From assembly GCA_043228905.1 (NCBI GenBank), contig JBHGNT010000010.1, forward strand, positions 9,734,001-9,798,000: 64,000 bases of DNA. The letters are read 5' to 3'. This document shows, in pieces, positions 35,701 through 48,500 of the stretch; position 1 is the stretch's first letter; every line of letters begins with the position of its first letter. Made by a program: the position numbers and the translations under genes. The stretch comes from Azolla caroliniana (taxonomy: Eukaryota > Plantae > Polypodiophyta). The notes under the pieces were generated by a model, which made no database searches, was not told where the DNA came from, and was given only the letters and a program-made list of their open reading frames with translations.

Positions 35701-36879
35701 CGATTCACAGAAAGTGGTGTCACATGTGTAAAGGATTTTCAAAAATGACCCAAAAATGTATTTATTTTTAGCATGTCCAACATTGTAGGTCTTTACAAAA
35801 ACACTTAAATAATAGACATGCCAAACTTACAAAAGAATGTACAAAATGACTACCACCTATATTTATACATATTCGATAATTAACATTTTGATGTACAATG
35901 CAATATTTACCGTTCATGTATTAGCACTATTGCTTTCCAACACTATGCCATCATTTTCAGACCCATCCGATGAACTAGAAGAGTTTTGTCAGGTCTCATC
36001 CTCATCATCACTACAACCAATACATTGTCTTCATCCAATTGCAATCCAACCTCACTGTGGTTATGAGACATGCTTCTTGTTTGTCTTTGTGTCGTGGCTA
36101 GAGCCACGTTTGGGATCTGTTGGCATAAACGACCAACTCCATCCACATTGTATCCTACGTGTGAACACGTTCTCAGGTTAGGGCTTGAATATATAAGCCC
36201 GACCCTAACATTTACACATAGATGAGAGTTGCAGTTGGTCTTTCATTCGTTGTATTTTTGCTTCTGCCACCTCTGTCCTCTTATTGGCACTTTCGAGTAC
36301 AAGTCTTTTTTTTCTTTTAACTGCTCTTGCAATCCTCTATTAAGTACTTGTACATCCTCCAATCCGCGCGTTTCAAGACTTTCCTTCGCTTCCTTTAGTT
36401 TAGACTCCACATTTCGTAATCTAGCTGACAATTCTTCGTTGGTCTGCTTGACGACCGACCACTCTATGTGCATTTGGTCGGACGCGTTTGTTGCTTGTTT
36501 ACAGACTTCAGCGATCTCTTTCGCTTCCTGAGTGGTTTTAACCAATTCTTGATGAACTTTGACTAGAGTTGTATTGAGTCAATCATATAGTAGAAATATG
36601 TTTGCATTTACTCTATGTCTATGTCGTAACGGTTTTGTCTTAAACTGTGTATAACCAATCAGTTGTGGTTGGCTTGGATCTTGTTTGAACAGATACTACA
36701 ACTTGATCCGATAGCGTTCTAGGTGAGCTCACCTCATCATGTAGGTGTATGCTATGTACACTACTGTGTGTGACTTGTCAACGTTTCCCATCCTCCCCCG
36801 TCATGTATGCTATGTACACTACGGCTTGAGCAGGGTACCGAAGGAGAGAGTACCTAAACCCCATGTTATTTAGGGCGGT

Positions 36880-37345
36880 AACACTTCAGAGTCGAAAACT
36901 CTTTAGAATCTAAAGCTCATCAAAGTCGAAAGCTCTTTGGTGTTATTTAAAGCTCTTCAGACTTGAAAGGAAGGTGCTTCAGACTGGAAAGCAAGGTTCT
37001 TCAGAGTCAAAGGCTCACTAGATTCGAAAACCCTCTAGAGTCAAAACCTCTCTAGAGTCGAAAGATCCCTAGAGTTGAACATTCTCTAGACTTGAAACCT
37101 CTCCAATGTCGAAAGATCCCTAAATTGGAAGGTTCCCTAGAGTCAAAACCTCTCTATAGTCAAAAAAGCACTAGAGGCGAAGGTTCTCTAGAGTCACAAC
37201 CTCTCCACAACCTTCAACTATAGGGACAACCAAAAGATTCCTATAGTTCAAGGTTCTCTGAAGTGGGACACTCTTTAGAGTCGAAGGCTCCCCAAAGTCA
37301 AAAGCTCTCGAGAGTCGAACACTCTTTAGAGTTGAAAGCTCCCTC
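36880..37345. repeat. Degenerate ~19-21-bp tandem repeat (CTCTAGAGTCGAAA core)
   Basis: About 20 recognisable copies. Confidence 0.8.
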
Positions 37346-38549
37346 ATATGGGGGTTTGACATTTTACTCTCCTTCCCCCATTTGCCCTTGCGAGTAGATC
37401 CTTGATTAATGTACGAGATTAAGCTTGAAACAAGAGATTAACATAACAACATAATATTAAAGATGGGTTACAAAATCTTAAGTCGAAGGCAGCCTATTTT
37501 TAGGCCAAAAATGTTAGATTCAGAAGGAAGATCCCTTTATAAGATAGGGCGTACAATGGTTTGAGGTGAATGATTACAATGGTGGAAACAACCGTTAACC
37601 GCTAGAATAAGTAACAAAGAAAAAAATAGGATGGGGACGGTTGAAGTTTCCGATGCGAGGATCATACTAGTTTTTCCAAATCAAGAATTGGACCTACAAG
37701 CATACATCTATTTGTTAAATCGTGTAAGACCGAATAACATAGTGCTTGGTTCCATTCACTCATTGTTCATCATGCCATTACATAGGCATACAAGAAACGC
37801 AATGAAATTATTGGTTCATCAATAATAATTTTCATGAAGAAGTTAGAAGCAAAAGAAGATTAGCAATCAATAGGAATTTAACCCACAACACCTTGTCTTG
37901 TGGAACCTAGCCCACAAACATAGCAGCATTCACACTTCCCAGGACAAGGGAAACCTGCAAGTGTTTGAATCGACTTGAGGAATTCAAAGGGGAGCACACA
38001 AGGATTGAGCATGTGAAGAGGTCCTAACTAAAGAAGGCATGAGAATTCAACACCCAACTCAAGTCATGTTAAGAGCGAATGGGAACATGGCTCAGAAGAG
38101 TCAATTGCTCAAGTCATTTGGTGTTAACCACATGAACATAACCCTTGAAAACCTGACCTCAGGACATGGGAACCTAATCGAATCAAACCCACTCACCCCA
38201 GTTTACATCTAGCCGAAGAGAGTGTAAAGGGGAGTGCTTGTTTGTGTAGAATGCAGAACCTACAGACTTCGGCCATGTGACATTCAAGCCCTCTCTTCTA
38301 CCATGTTGAACCTTAGCTACATGGAGCCTTCGAGGCGTTCATCATTGTCTTCAGCTTTACCTTCAAGAATTCCATGCTCGAGCTTTACCTCATCCTCAAA
38401 CCTCGACTCAGATCTTACAAACCTCGAGTCCCCAACTCTCAACCTGAGGTTTGGGATCCAAGCCAAGCATTCACACTATGACTTTCTTTCATAAATACAA
38501 ACATTCTACCTTTCAATCCTCAAATCGAAGCATGGGATGCAACCCAAGC

Positions 38550-38700
38550 CTTACCCTTCCTCACCAAAATTGCATTTGTATGCCTACACATAAGACACTT
38601 AACACATACAAACTTTCCACCATTTTACCCTTCCTCACCAAATCTGCATCTGTATGCCTACACATAAGACACTTAACACATACAAACTTTCCACTATTAA
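38550..38700. repeat. ~75-bp tandem duplication followed by TG/CA microsatellite
   Basis: CCTTCCTCACCAAA...TATGCCTACACATAAGACACTTAACACATACAAACTTTCCAC occurs twice. Confidence 0.8.
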
Positions 38701-40461
38701 CCTTTTAAATATGTGTGTGTGTGTGTGTGTGTATGTCTATACACAGACACACACTCACTCATCTAGCATGCTCATTTAAATACTTACTCAAAGACCTACA
38801 TGTATATTTAAACATAAGAGTTACACTTAACTTTTACACATATTTTAATACATGCATATCCATATACTCACATACATTTCCATAAACACACATTACACAT
38901 ATCCCAACGACATTGGCATACTCATAATATGCGCGGGTTTGAATTCCAGCTCTGGCTAAATTATCATCCGAGAATTCCAAAACTTGACAAAGAGATATAT
39001 ATTTTTGCTCTAGTATACCAAAGTAATTCTCATTTACCTAGATCATGGAAAGGGCATGTTTTCAACTTATGTATTGATTCAAACATTAATGCAATTATGA
39101 TTTCTACATATTACATTAAATTTGAGGGGAAATAAAATGAAGAGCAACTCCATTTTTGCAATAATTAATCATTTTACATAAGGTAAGGGAGATTAAGGTA
39201 AAGGATGATACGGTGGAGAAATCGTTGAGTTTCAGCATTGTAAATCCACTAATGACAACATTCTCCTTCCTCATCATAGGCTTCCCCTGCACTCTTGTGA
39301 TTTGCTATCTCATGATAATCTATATATCGTTAAAACCTCAATGATTGACTCCCAAATTTTTGTGAACCAAAAAACAATGAGCTCTCTTGTTCATTAAATA
39401 GCATTGTGGATCTCTCTTGTTTGCTAGTGCTGCCTACACAAGTGACATGAGTTATGTCCATAAAAGATTCAATGATAATTGTTGGTGCCATAAATAATGT
39501 TAGACTCGGTCATGGGCGTATCTTATCGTGGAGTATTTACTATATGTGTATCACAAAAGAAAATGACTCTCTAGTAATAATGATAACATATGTATCTCAT
39601 CAAGTATTTATATTTTTTTATTAATTGACTTGAGACAATAAATTAAGAAATGTGATAAGAGTTATTACTGTAACTAGAAAATGTTAAGGTCTGCTATACC
39701 GGTATAATATATTGATTGCCAAAAAATGATCTAAAGTTAAACTATAATTTCTTTTCGTGGGGGTCTTTATGATTTTTGTCTCTTTCTTTGATTGTTTGGA
39801 AGACTTGTTGTGCTTAATTAACTTTTCTCACCTTTCATCCCTGTGGGATCCCATATTTTCCATACTCAACGGAGGTGGCAACTCAAATTGTGACAAAAGC
39901 GCATATTAACAAACAAAAAGCTAGCATAAGATCGAGTCAATGCAACATGTTTTTTTTATTATGTCTCCATTTCGTGACTGGTGGTATAACTATATTATGG
40001 TATACTCCCTTTTATGTACGTATTAAAGGTGGTAGATTGGCAAGTGCTAGTAGAGAACCAACAAGAGAGAGAGCGAGCGATTTAGTTAGGTAGTCGGGGG
40101 CGAGCAAAAGTTAATATGCCAACCAAAAGTTTGGAATGATGGACTCAAATTGCAAAAAGAAGAAGATGGGGGGCATAGGACTGAAGTCAACGCCACATGC
40201 ATACATATGATTGATTATGGTTGACCGAAGTCTGGACTGGTATTGACCAGCTTGCCACTTGATCATTGACTAGTGACCAGAGGAGACTTCCTCTGTCTGT
40301 CTGTCTTCTCTGTTTCTCTTGTCTCTCTGCATATATGTATAATGTATATGTATAAGAGGAGTGGAATAGAGCACACACAGAAACAGAAACAGAAACAGAA
40401 ACAGAGACACAGAGACAGACAGACGTGGCTCTGCTTCATCCCTTCCCCTTCAAAACCAGCC

Positions 40462-41401
40462 ATGGCAGCAGACTCTCTATCTCCATCTCCATCTCCTTCC
40501 TTCCTAATCAGATCCATCCTCCTCCTCCTCTTTCTCCTGCTGCTGCGGCTTCCTTCTCCATCGCTCTGCCAGTCACCATCCCCATCTCTTACCTTTGACG
40601 ACGACTTTACCTCCTCCTCCTTCTCTTCCTCCCCTCCTCCATCATATGATTCTGAGAGCTCAGGACCTAGCGATTCAGGAGATGAGTTCACATCCCCTTC
40701 AGCCCCTGCTCCATTTGATTCTGAAACCACTGATTATGCACCCACTTCTTCCTATGATTCCGAAACCGGATTCCAATTATTCTACCCCCATGGAAGACCC
40801 CCAATTTCTTCCTCCTCCTGCCATGGCTCCTTCTCCCACTTCACCATCTGCGTCTGCACCATCTGCTCCTGCTCCTTCCCATGTACCTTCCTCATCTAAT
40901 TCCACCGCATCCTCTCGTTCATCCGGCCCCACAGTTAATGTGAAGATCAGCATCTCCATCGGATCAATCGCCGGTGGTTCCTCTGTCATTGCCATCATCA
41001 TCTTCGTGATCAAGATGATCAGAAAACGCAAAAAACAGTCGAATTGTGAGGGAAAACCCCCGTCTTACCATAACAAGTAAGTTTCTTGCAGTTGAAATGA
41101 CATCCTCACCTACATTTGTATTGAGCCTCCCCTCCCCTCCCCTCCCCCCCCCCCCCCCCCCACCCTTTCAATGGTGATACAGAAAAAGGCTTGTCCATGC
41201 TTCTTCTTTCGTTTCTTACTTTCTAACCCTAGCTCACTCATGGTTGGCAGTGGTGGTGGTGGCGGCGGCGGCGGTGGCGGTGGTGGCGGTGGCGGCGGCG
41301 GCAGCGGTGGTGGTGGCGGCGGCAGCGGTAGTGGTGGCGGCGGCGGCGGCGGTGCTTCTACTTCAAATGTAGACTTCTCACTTTGTCCGTCCACTACATA
41401 A
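40462..41401 (+). CDS. Probable host gene: signal peptide, Ser/Pro-rich (AGP-like) ectodomain, one TM helix, basic stop-transfer, poly-Gly tail. Two exons (40462-41076, 41233-41401) with an apparent frameshift near 40765
   Basis: GCCATGGC start. ILLLLFLLLL signal. ISISIGSIAGGSSVIAIIIFVI-KMIRKRKK TM. AA|GTAAGT donor and CTAACCCTAG|C acceptor join in frame. TATA-like at about 40351. Confidence 0.65.
41245..41355. repeat. (GGC/GGT)n trinucleotide repeat encoding poly-Gly
   Basis: Seen directly. A poly-C tract lies at 41126-41166 in the predicted intron. Confidence 0.9.
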
Positions 41402-42189
41402 TGCCATTGACTACGCCCCGTGCATGCAAGAATTCTAAACTTCTATTCTCCCGAATGCATCTTTGATGCTTTCATGTCGTAGCCCACACTAAATGCCTTA
41501 ACTAACCGCTCATGACAAGACATCGTGGACCAAGAAATGAACCACGATAACAACATGTGGATAACAAGGGGAAGTCACTGATGTTTCGAGGGATTTGTAT
41601 GGAGCGGAAATGTTATTGTTGAACTTTTTTGTTCTCCGTTAGTTCTCCCAAGTTGCTCTGTTTCGAGAAAGCTACGAGGATTTTAATTAGTTAATTAAAT
41701 AAGTTTACTTCGGGCATGTGCTGGTGCAAATCACCACGTTTCTAAAGATGCCTCAAAATGTAGAAACCAAATTTTGCCATAAATAAAAAAATATCATATG
41801 AAACTAAGCACAAATTACAATATTGTTCATCAACCTTTCCATGGTGTTCATGCTTGCTTTTCACATTGAACCTTTATTGTTATCATCATCGTTATTGAAG
41901 CCAAGTTTGCCATTTTGCTAACTATTCGTTGCACGCAAACACACAATGTACAATTGTAATTTTCACTTGTTCTTGTACACATCCACATACACATACACAT
42001 ATAAACTTAGATCCATATTGCACTGAAATGTAGTCATTCCTTTACATATGAATACACATGTACACCCAAACAAACTCATGCGAGCATTCACAAACTATTC
42101 CACATATAATATAAAAACTTATTCACACACACATATACACATATCTTCGCTGAATATTTCAATCCTCAAGTGATCAGTAGAGGGAATAA

Positions 42190-42900
42190 GCATCTTGGTG
42201 GCTCAAAATGCCAAAAAGGATTACCATCCTTTGAGGATGTAAGTGAAGTAGCTTTCCACAAAGTAAGAAGTTGATGGTGTTGAGAAGCTTTATCTTCAGA
42301 ATCTCTAATAAGACAATCCCATTGTCCTTTTAAAGTGTGAACCATGTCTAGTCAAATATTATGTTCCATTCCAACTGGTGGGGCTCCAACTTGATGAAAA
42401 TTGAGAAAGCAAGACGCCTTCTAGATGTAATATATAGTGGTACTATTCAATAACTCCCATAATGGTTGAACCTCCTTACTTATTCCTAAAAAGTGAATAG
42501 ACAATAATGGAAGTACGCAAACTATTCCCAAATTAGTGCTAAAACCATTGTCCATAGATTCATCGTCTTAGTGAAGAACAGAACGGACAAGCGATGTCCA
42601 AACCACCATGCTCCATGTGAATACCAATGGGGAAAAGTAGTTGGCAAATATTCTATGGGAGGGGGGGCTATTACTTTGGAGTAAAAACTCTCTACATGCA
42701 AATAATTCCCACACATATGTGCTCACCCTTCTTGGTGGACATTTGAGTATGACATTTGCATTATTAGGCCCATCTAACAAGTCATCATATTTCTTCAAAA
42801 TTACCTTACACATTGAGCATGTAATAAGTAAGCGATATGCATCCTCCTCTAGGTTTCCACTAGATACCTACTACATATTTGTATTTGGGTGATAATCCCA
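42190..42900 (-). pseudogene. Possible LINE (L1) ORF2 C-terminal remnant
   Basis: CSMC...VILKCP...VW and LWELLN..IYYI(W)KASC.LNF resemble the zf-RVT/C-terminal LINE region. Confidence 0.35.
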
Positions 42901-42950
42901 TTATGCTAACTCAACACGTAACTTGTGTGAGTGAGTTTTAAGAAGTGTTA

Positions 42951-44490
42951 TGTAAAAGAATAACGTGTAGAGGCTAGTACACAAGACACAACTGGCTTAG
43001 CAGGACACCTGCAAACAGTTAGGTAAACACAAAGAATGTACGAGGAGAGAGACAAAGAGACAGAGTTGAGCAGACAACCAAAAACCTCCATTCAAAATAA
43101 CAACGCTCTATACAAGATGATGTGCTCATTGAGCACCTGTTATACAAGTCCTCCAAAGGAATAACAAGTACTTCAATGCTAATAAAAGAGCTACTCACAC
43201 TAACTGCCTAAAATATTCCTATTTACGAAAATACGATTATTGGCCCCTAACGGTCTGGCGGCTCCCAACCGATCTGGGCCTAGCCAATCGGCCTACGTCT
43301 GATCCGGTTGTTGGTTTCTTGAGCTGATTCGACCCATTTTGAGCTTGTCAACTAACACTCCCCCTCAAGCTCAACTTGAGGTCCCTCCTTTTGCTCTACC
43401 AATTCTTCGCTCTGGCTTCATGCCACCTTACTCGCGCTCCTTGACCTATCCAGTCGTCTTGTCTGCTTCCAAGGCCCTCAACAGCCTTCTCCTTGCCTCT
43501 GTGGATTTGGGGCCCATGGACTCGTCGACTCCTCCATATCGGCGTCATCTTTGGTTGCCTCCTCATCCATTTGGCCTTCATATGATTTGGCTCATTCGAA
43601 TCAACTGTCTCCAACTCATTCTTGCTTTTGTCTGAATCGGGTGTCTCCGATTCGTTTCCAAATCGACCTTTGGCTATGTCAGCCCAAGTCTTCATGGCTC
43701 TCTTCTGACGGGTTCTCCCCCTATGTTTGGGTAGCTTTGGCTCAGTCTTTATGTTCCCCCTGTAGTTGGTTGGTCTTTCCTCAGCCGATTCAATTGCTCT
43801 CACATCAAGTCTCTCTTCGACTCTCCCCCTCAAATTCGGCAAGTTGAGGTGTTGTGGACCAAGCATTGACAAGAATTTTCATAACTTGTCAAGTTAGAGA
43901 GGTTTGGTGAAGATGTCGGCCACCTGCCGATCAGTCGAAACATATTGCATTTCCACTTCACCATTGAAAACTTGCTCGCATACGAAGTGGTAACGCACTT
44001 TGATGTGTTTCGTTCGAGCATGGAAGACGAGGTTCTTTGCTAATTGGATACTGCAAAGGTTGTCGCAGTAGATCATCATCGCATCAAACACCTCCACCTG
44101 CAATCCTTCAATAGCCTTTTAAGCCAAATGGCTTCGCACGTTGCGACAACCACTCCTTTGTACTTGGCCTCAGTGCTCGATAATGCCACTTTTGGTTGCT
44201 TCTTGCTGCATTAGTTGATCACCGCACTCCCTAATGAGAGCGATATCCGAATGTCAATTGACCATCACCTGTGCTTTTGGTCCAATCGACATCTATGTAG
44301 CCGACGAGTTGTTCGACTATACCTATCCAATACAACATCCCACAATCCTTCGTGTCGCTGACATATTGCAATATCCTCTGCGCATATTGAAGGTGATCGG
44401 ATGTCATTTGCGACATGAATTGATTGACCAAGATGACTGGATAGCTAAGGTCTAGACGGGTGAGCATCAAATAGATGAGGCTTCTAACAA
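42951..44490 (-). mobile_element. Copia 3' fragment (RT end, RNase H, PPT, 3' LTR 42951-43357)
   Basis: FHARTKHI and ADIFTKPL motifs. PPT CTTGAGGGGGAG followed by TGTTAG. LTR ends TTTTACA. Confidence 0.85.
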
Positions 44491-44491
44491 T

Positions 44492-45447
44492 TCACCGAAA
44501 CTTCTTATGTTCTGCTTCGAGTTGCTTATGACCTCTATGTAGCTTCTTAAAGTCTTCTGTTTTTTTGTTTAGGCGCCAGTTGATTTGAGAGCACGTCCGA
44601 TCTTCCCGGTCCTTTTTTTGTTTCCGAATCTCTTCCTTTAGCCTCTCTATCTCCATTTCGGTCATCCTCCAGAGCTTGTCATTTTCCTGCATCAGCTTCT
44701 CTCTTTCCTCCTTATGTTCGTCGTTGTTCGCTTGACTCTTCCGAAGACATTCCTCAGTCCTACATTTCTCTTCTTCGGTTTTCTTCCTCTATTCTCTTTC
44801 TCGCTCTCTTAATTCTTCTTGAGAGGCTAATTCCTCCCTTAATGTTTGCATTTCCTGTTCCCGCTCAACTTCTTTTTCCGAGGCTGTTCTGGCCACCAGT
44901 TCCCTCTGTGTTACTTGTATCCGGAGTTTCTTTGCTGGTTCCTTCTCCGTCATTGTTCGTTTGGTCGTCTCGTTGTTCTTCTCCGTCTTTCTTGTTGTCT
45001 CTCGCACCACGCTTTCTTGCACACACATGTTGTCGCTAACCGCACATTTGCACAAACGTCATTGCCATTCTCGCACTCTAGCATAGCGTCATCATTTCTT
45101 CTACCGCATATCATTCCGCGACTTCCTCCCACACATCATCATTGTATCTCATTCATCGACTTCCTATCGCACATCTTACCGTTGCGTATCATTCCTCGAC
45201 TCCATCTCCAAAGGGGGTTCGCCATTGTGGTCACCAAAATAGTGTTTATCTTGGGTTGGACTAGCCACAAACACAATGTGTCCTTCCAGAACACTTCATC
45301 AAAGGGTGGTTAAGGGAATGATGTTATCCGCCGATCCAATTGATTCCGGATACATTTCGGATTCGTAATAAGCAACTGTTTAATTAAAACATGCGTAAGA
45401 TAGAGAATGAAAGCACAACACCACAAGTAGAGAAGGGACACAATAAT
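44492..45447 (-). mobile_element. Possible LTR-element 5' fragment (coiled-coil gag-like ORFs, TGGTGACC PBS-like at about 45229-45236); LTR may continue at 57433-57686
   Basis: PBS-like TGG immediately followed by ATG and charged coiled-coil ORFs. Host sequence is split by copia E. Confidence 0.35.
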
Positions 45448-45589
45448 TATTGAGCAACAAGCTCAATTGGAGCCGGATCGGTTGGATAAGCCTGAGCCGG
45501 TGAGCGAGACAGATCGGTGAGCCAATGAGTTGGGGAGCCGGTTAGCTGGATCCATCAGTAACTGGAAGCCTAGTAGCAGCTAGACTACT

Positions 45590-48500
45590 AACACCTTTGC
45601 ATTCACAAGTGGAAGGATTGCGCATTCCACTTATAGATTCCTTTTATAATCTTGCGATTTTAGACAATTTCCAAAAACTTGATACACTAGTATCACATGT
45701 TTTAAATAGCATGTAAATTTTGCTAATTTTTTGAGATTTAACAAATTTCTAAATGATAATTTCTAAAATTGAATAGTTTAGGGATAATGTTTAAATGTTG
45801 ATGGTTTGTAGATATGAAATGTAGTTAACTTAAAGAAAATCACAATTATGGTCAACTCAAGGCACAAGTTAAGATTAATGGTTTCACCGTCTTGAGAAGA
45901 TTAAGGTTACATCTATTGTTAGACTTGAAAATGTTTTAAGTATAAAAGGTAATATTGCAATCCTTAATGTCATCATCTATAAATTAGTGCTCATTAACAT
46001 CCATAAATTCACAACTCAAGAAATGTAGACAATATTCATAAACAATTCAGATAAATCCACAACTCCTAAAATGTAGACGATATTCATAAATTGTCAAACT
46101 TTAGATGTGAACATTAATATATCAATTTGAACATAACACATAGTTATCAAGGTATCTACAATGTTATAATCTCCTTCCTTATAAGAATTCCCCTTCAAAA
46201 TTTGTGAAGTAAATGGCATTTGCAAAGTTCAATTACCATCAACACAATTATTAATGGTTTTCTTCTAATAAATGAAGCACATATTTACCATAAGGTATCT
46301 TGTTGTGCAACATACATCTTTAAAAACCTCTTTTATTTGAAAAACAACAAGAGTTTTAAACATGAACACGATATGTTGTATTGAGTTTTCATCATAACTC
46401 TATACAATATATTAAATTCATGTTCAAAGTTTTTTTACCGGATTTAAAAAATAATAATAATAATAAATTAAGCTTGAGTTCATAGAAAAACCAGATTTTT
46501 CATCACAATTCAATACAATGTATCGAGTTCATGTTTAAAGTAATTTTTTCTAATTTAAAAAAAAAAACATTTTCAATTTGTTTCAATTTTTTTTTATTTT
46601 TTTTCAATTTTTTTTGTTTCTTTTTGTTCCTTTTAATTTCTTTTTTTTTTCTTTTTTTTTTTTTTTATGGAAAAAATAATAATTTTAAACATGAACTTGA
46701 TACATTGTATCGACTTGTGATAAAAACTCAGGTTTTTTCATCACTTATTAAAGCTCAAAAACAAAATTCTAAGACAGAGACGAAATTAGTACTAAGAGAG
46801 AAATATTAGTACTAAGAAGAATTTAAGGTGTAGAACACTTGAGAAAAGAAGAGAGAGAGAGAGACTGAGAGAGAGAGAGGGACTGAGAGGGAATGATGAT
46901 GACATGAGTTAATCTACGACGTATCGAGTTCATGTTGAAAGTGTTATTTCCGAATTTTTTTTTAAAATAATTACATTTTTTCCTATTTTATTTTGGTATT
47001 TTGTTTTTTTCTCTAAAAGGCTTTGAGCTTTAATAAGTGAGGAAAATAATATTTTATGTATTACAATGTATCGTCTAATGGTCAAGAGCTTGACCCATGT
47101 AGCATAATGTCATGGGTTCAAGTCCTACATATCACGACATGAACTAAGTTAACTTTTTTACATGAACTCGATACGCCTTTTCAACATGAACTCGATACGG
47201 CGTATCGAGTTCATGTTTAAAGTTTTATTTCTGATTTATTTTTTTAAATAATTACATTTTTCCTATTTTATTTTGGTATTTTGTTTTCTTTTCTAAAAAA
47301 CTTTAAGATTTAATAAGTGATGAAAATAATATTTTATGTATTACAATGTATGGTCTAATGGTTAAGAGCTCCACCCATGCAGCACAAGGTCAAGGGTTTA
47401 TGTCCTAGCATATCATATCATCAACTAAGCTAACATTTTTACATGAACTCGATACCCCTTTTCAACATGAACTCGATACGCCGTATCGAGTTCATGTTCA
47501 AAAGCTAACTTTTTTACATGAACTCGATACGGCGTATCGAATTCATGTTTAAAGTTTTATTTCGGATTTTTTTTTAAAATAATTACATTTTTTCCTATTT
47601 TATTATGGTGTTTTGTTTGTTTTCTGAAAACAAATTGAGCTCTAATAAGTGATAAAAATAATAGCTTATGTATTACAATGTATGGTCTAATGATTAAGAG
47701 CCTCACCTATGTAGCAGAAGGTCATGGGTTTGAGTCCTACTATATCATGTCATGAACTAAGCTAACTCTTTTACATGAACTCGATACCCCTTTTAAACAT
47801 GAACTCGATACGCCGTATCGAGTTCATGTTGAAAAGCTAACTTTTTTACATGAACTCGATACGGTGTATCGAATTCATGTTTAAAGTTTTATTTCGGATT
47901 TTTTTTTAAAAATAATTACATTTTTTCCTATTTTATTATGGTGTTTTGTTTGTTTTCTAAAAACAAATTAAGCTCTAATAAGTGATAAAAATAATAGTTT
48001 ATGTATTACAATGTATGGTCTAATGGTTAAGAGCCTCACCTATGTAGCAGAAGGTCATGCGTTCGAGTCCTGCTATATCATGTCATGAACTAAGCTAACT
48101 CTTTTACATGAACTCGATACCCCTTTTAAACATGAACTCGATAAGCCGTATCGAGTTCATGTTGAAAAGCTAACTTTTTTACATGAACTCGATACGGCGT
48201 ATCGAATTCATGTTTAAAGTTTTATTTCGGATTTTTTTTTAAAATAATTACATTTTTTCCTATTTTATTATGGTGTTTTGTTTGTTTTCTGAAAACAAAT
48301 TGAGCTCTAATAAGTGATAAAAATAATAGTTTATGTATTACAATGTATGGTCTAATGGTTAAGAGCCTCACCTATGTAGCAGAAGGTCATGGGTTCGAGT
48401 CCTACTATATCATGTCATGAACTAAGCTAACTCTTTTACATGAACTCGATACCCCTTTTAAACATGAACTCGATACGCCGTATCGAGTTCATGTTGAAAA

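Noticed and set aside
34480-36860. Possible gene fragments (coiled-coil ORF 36243-36545, Cys/Trp-containing piece near 36000-36150)
   Set aside because: No recognisable motif and many stops; cannot be supported without a search.
41110-41394. Minus-strand poly-Pro (formin/extensin-like) ORF
   Set aside because: It is the antisense reading of the GGC/GGT repeat. The plus-strand splice signals explain the region better.
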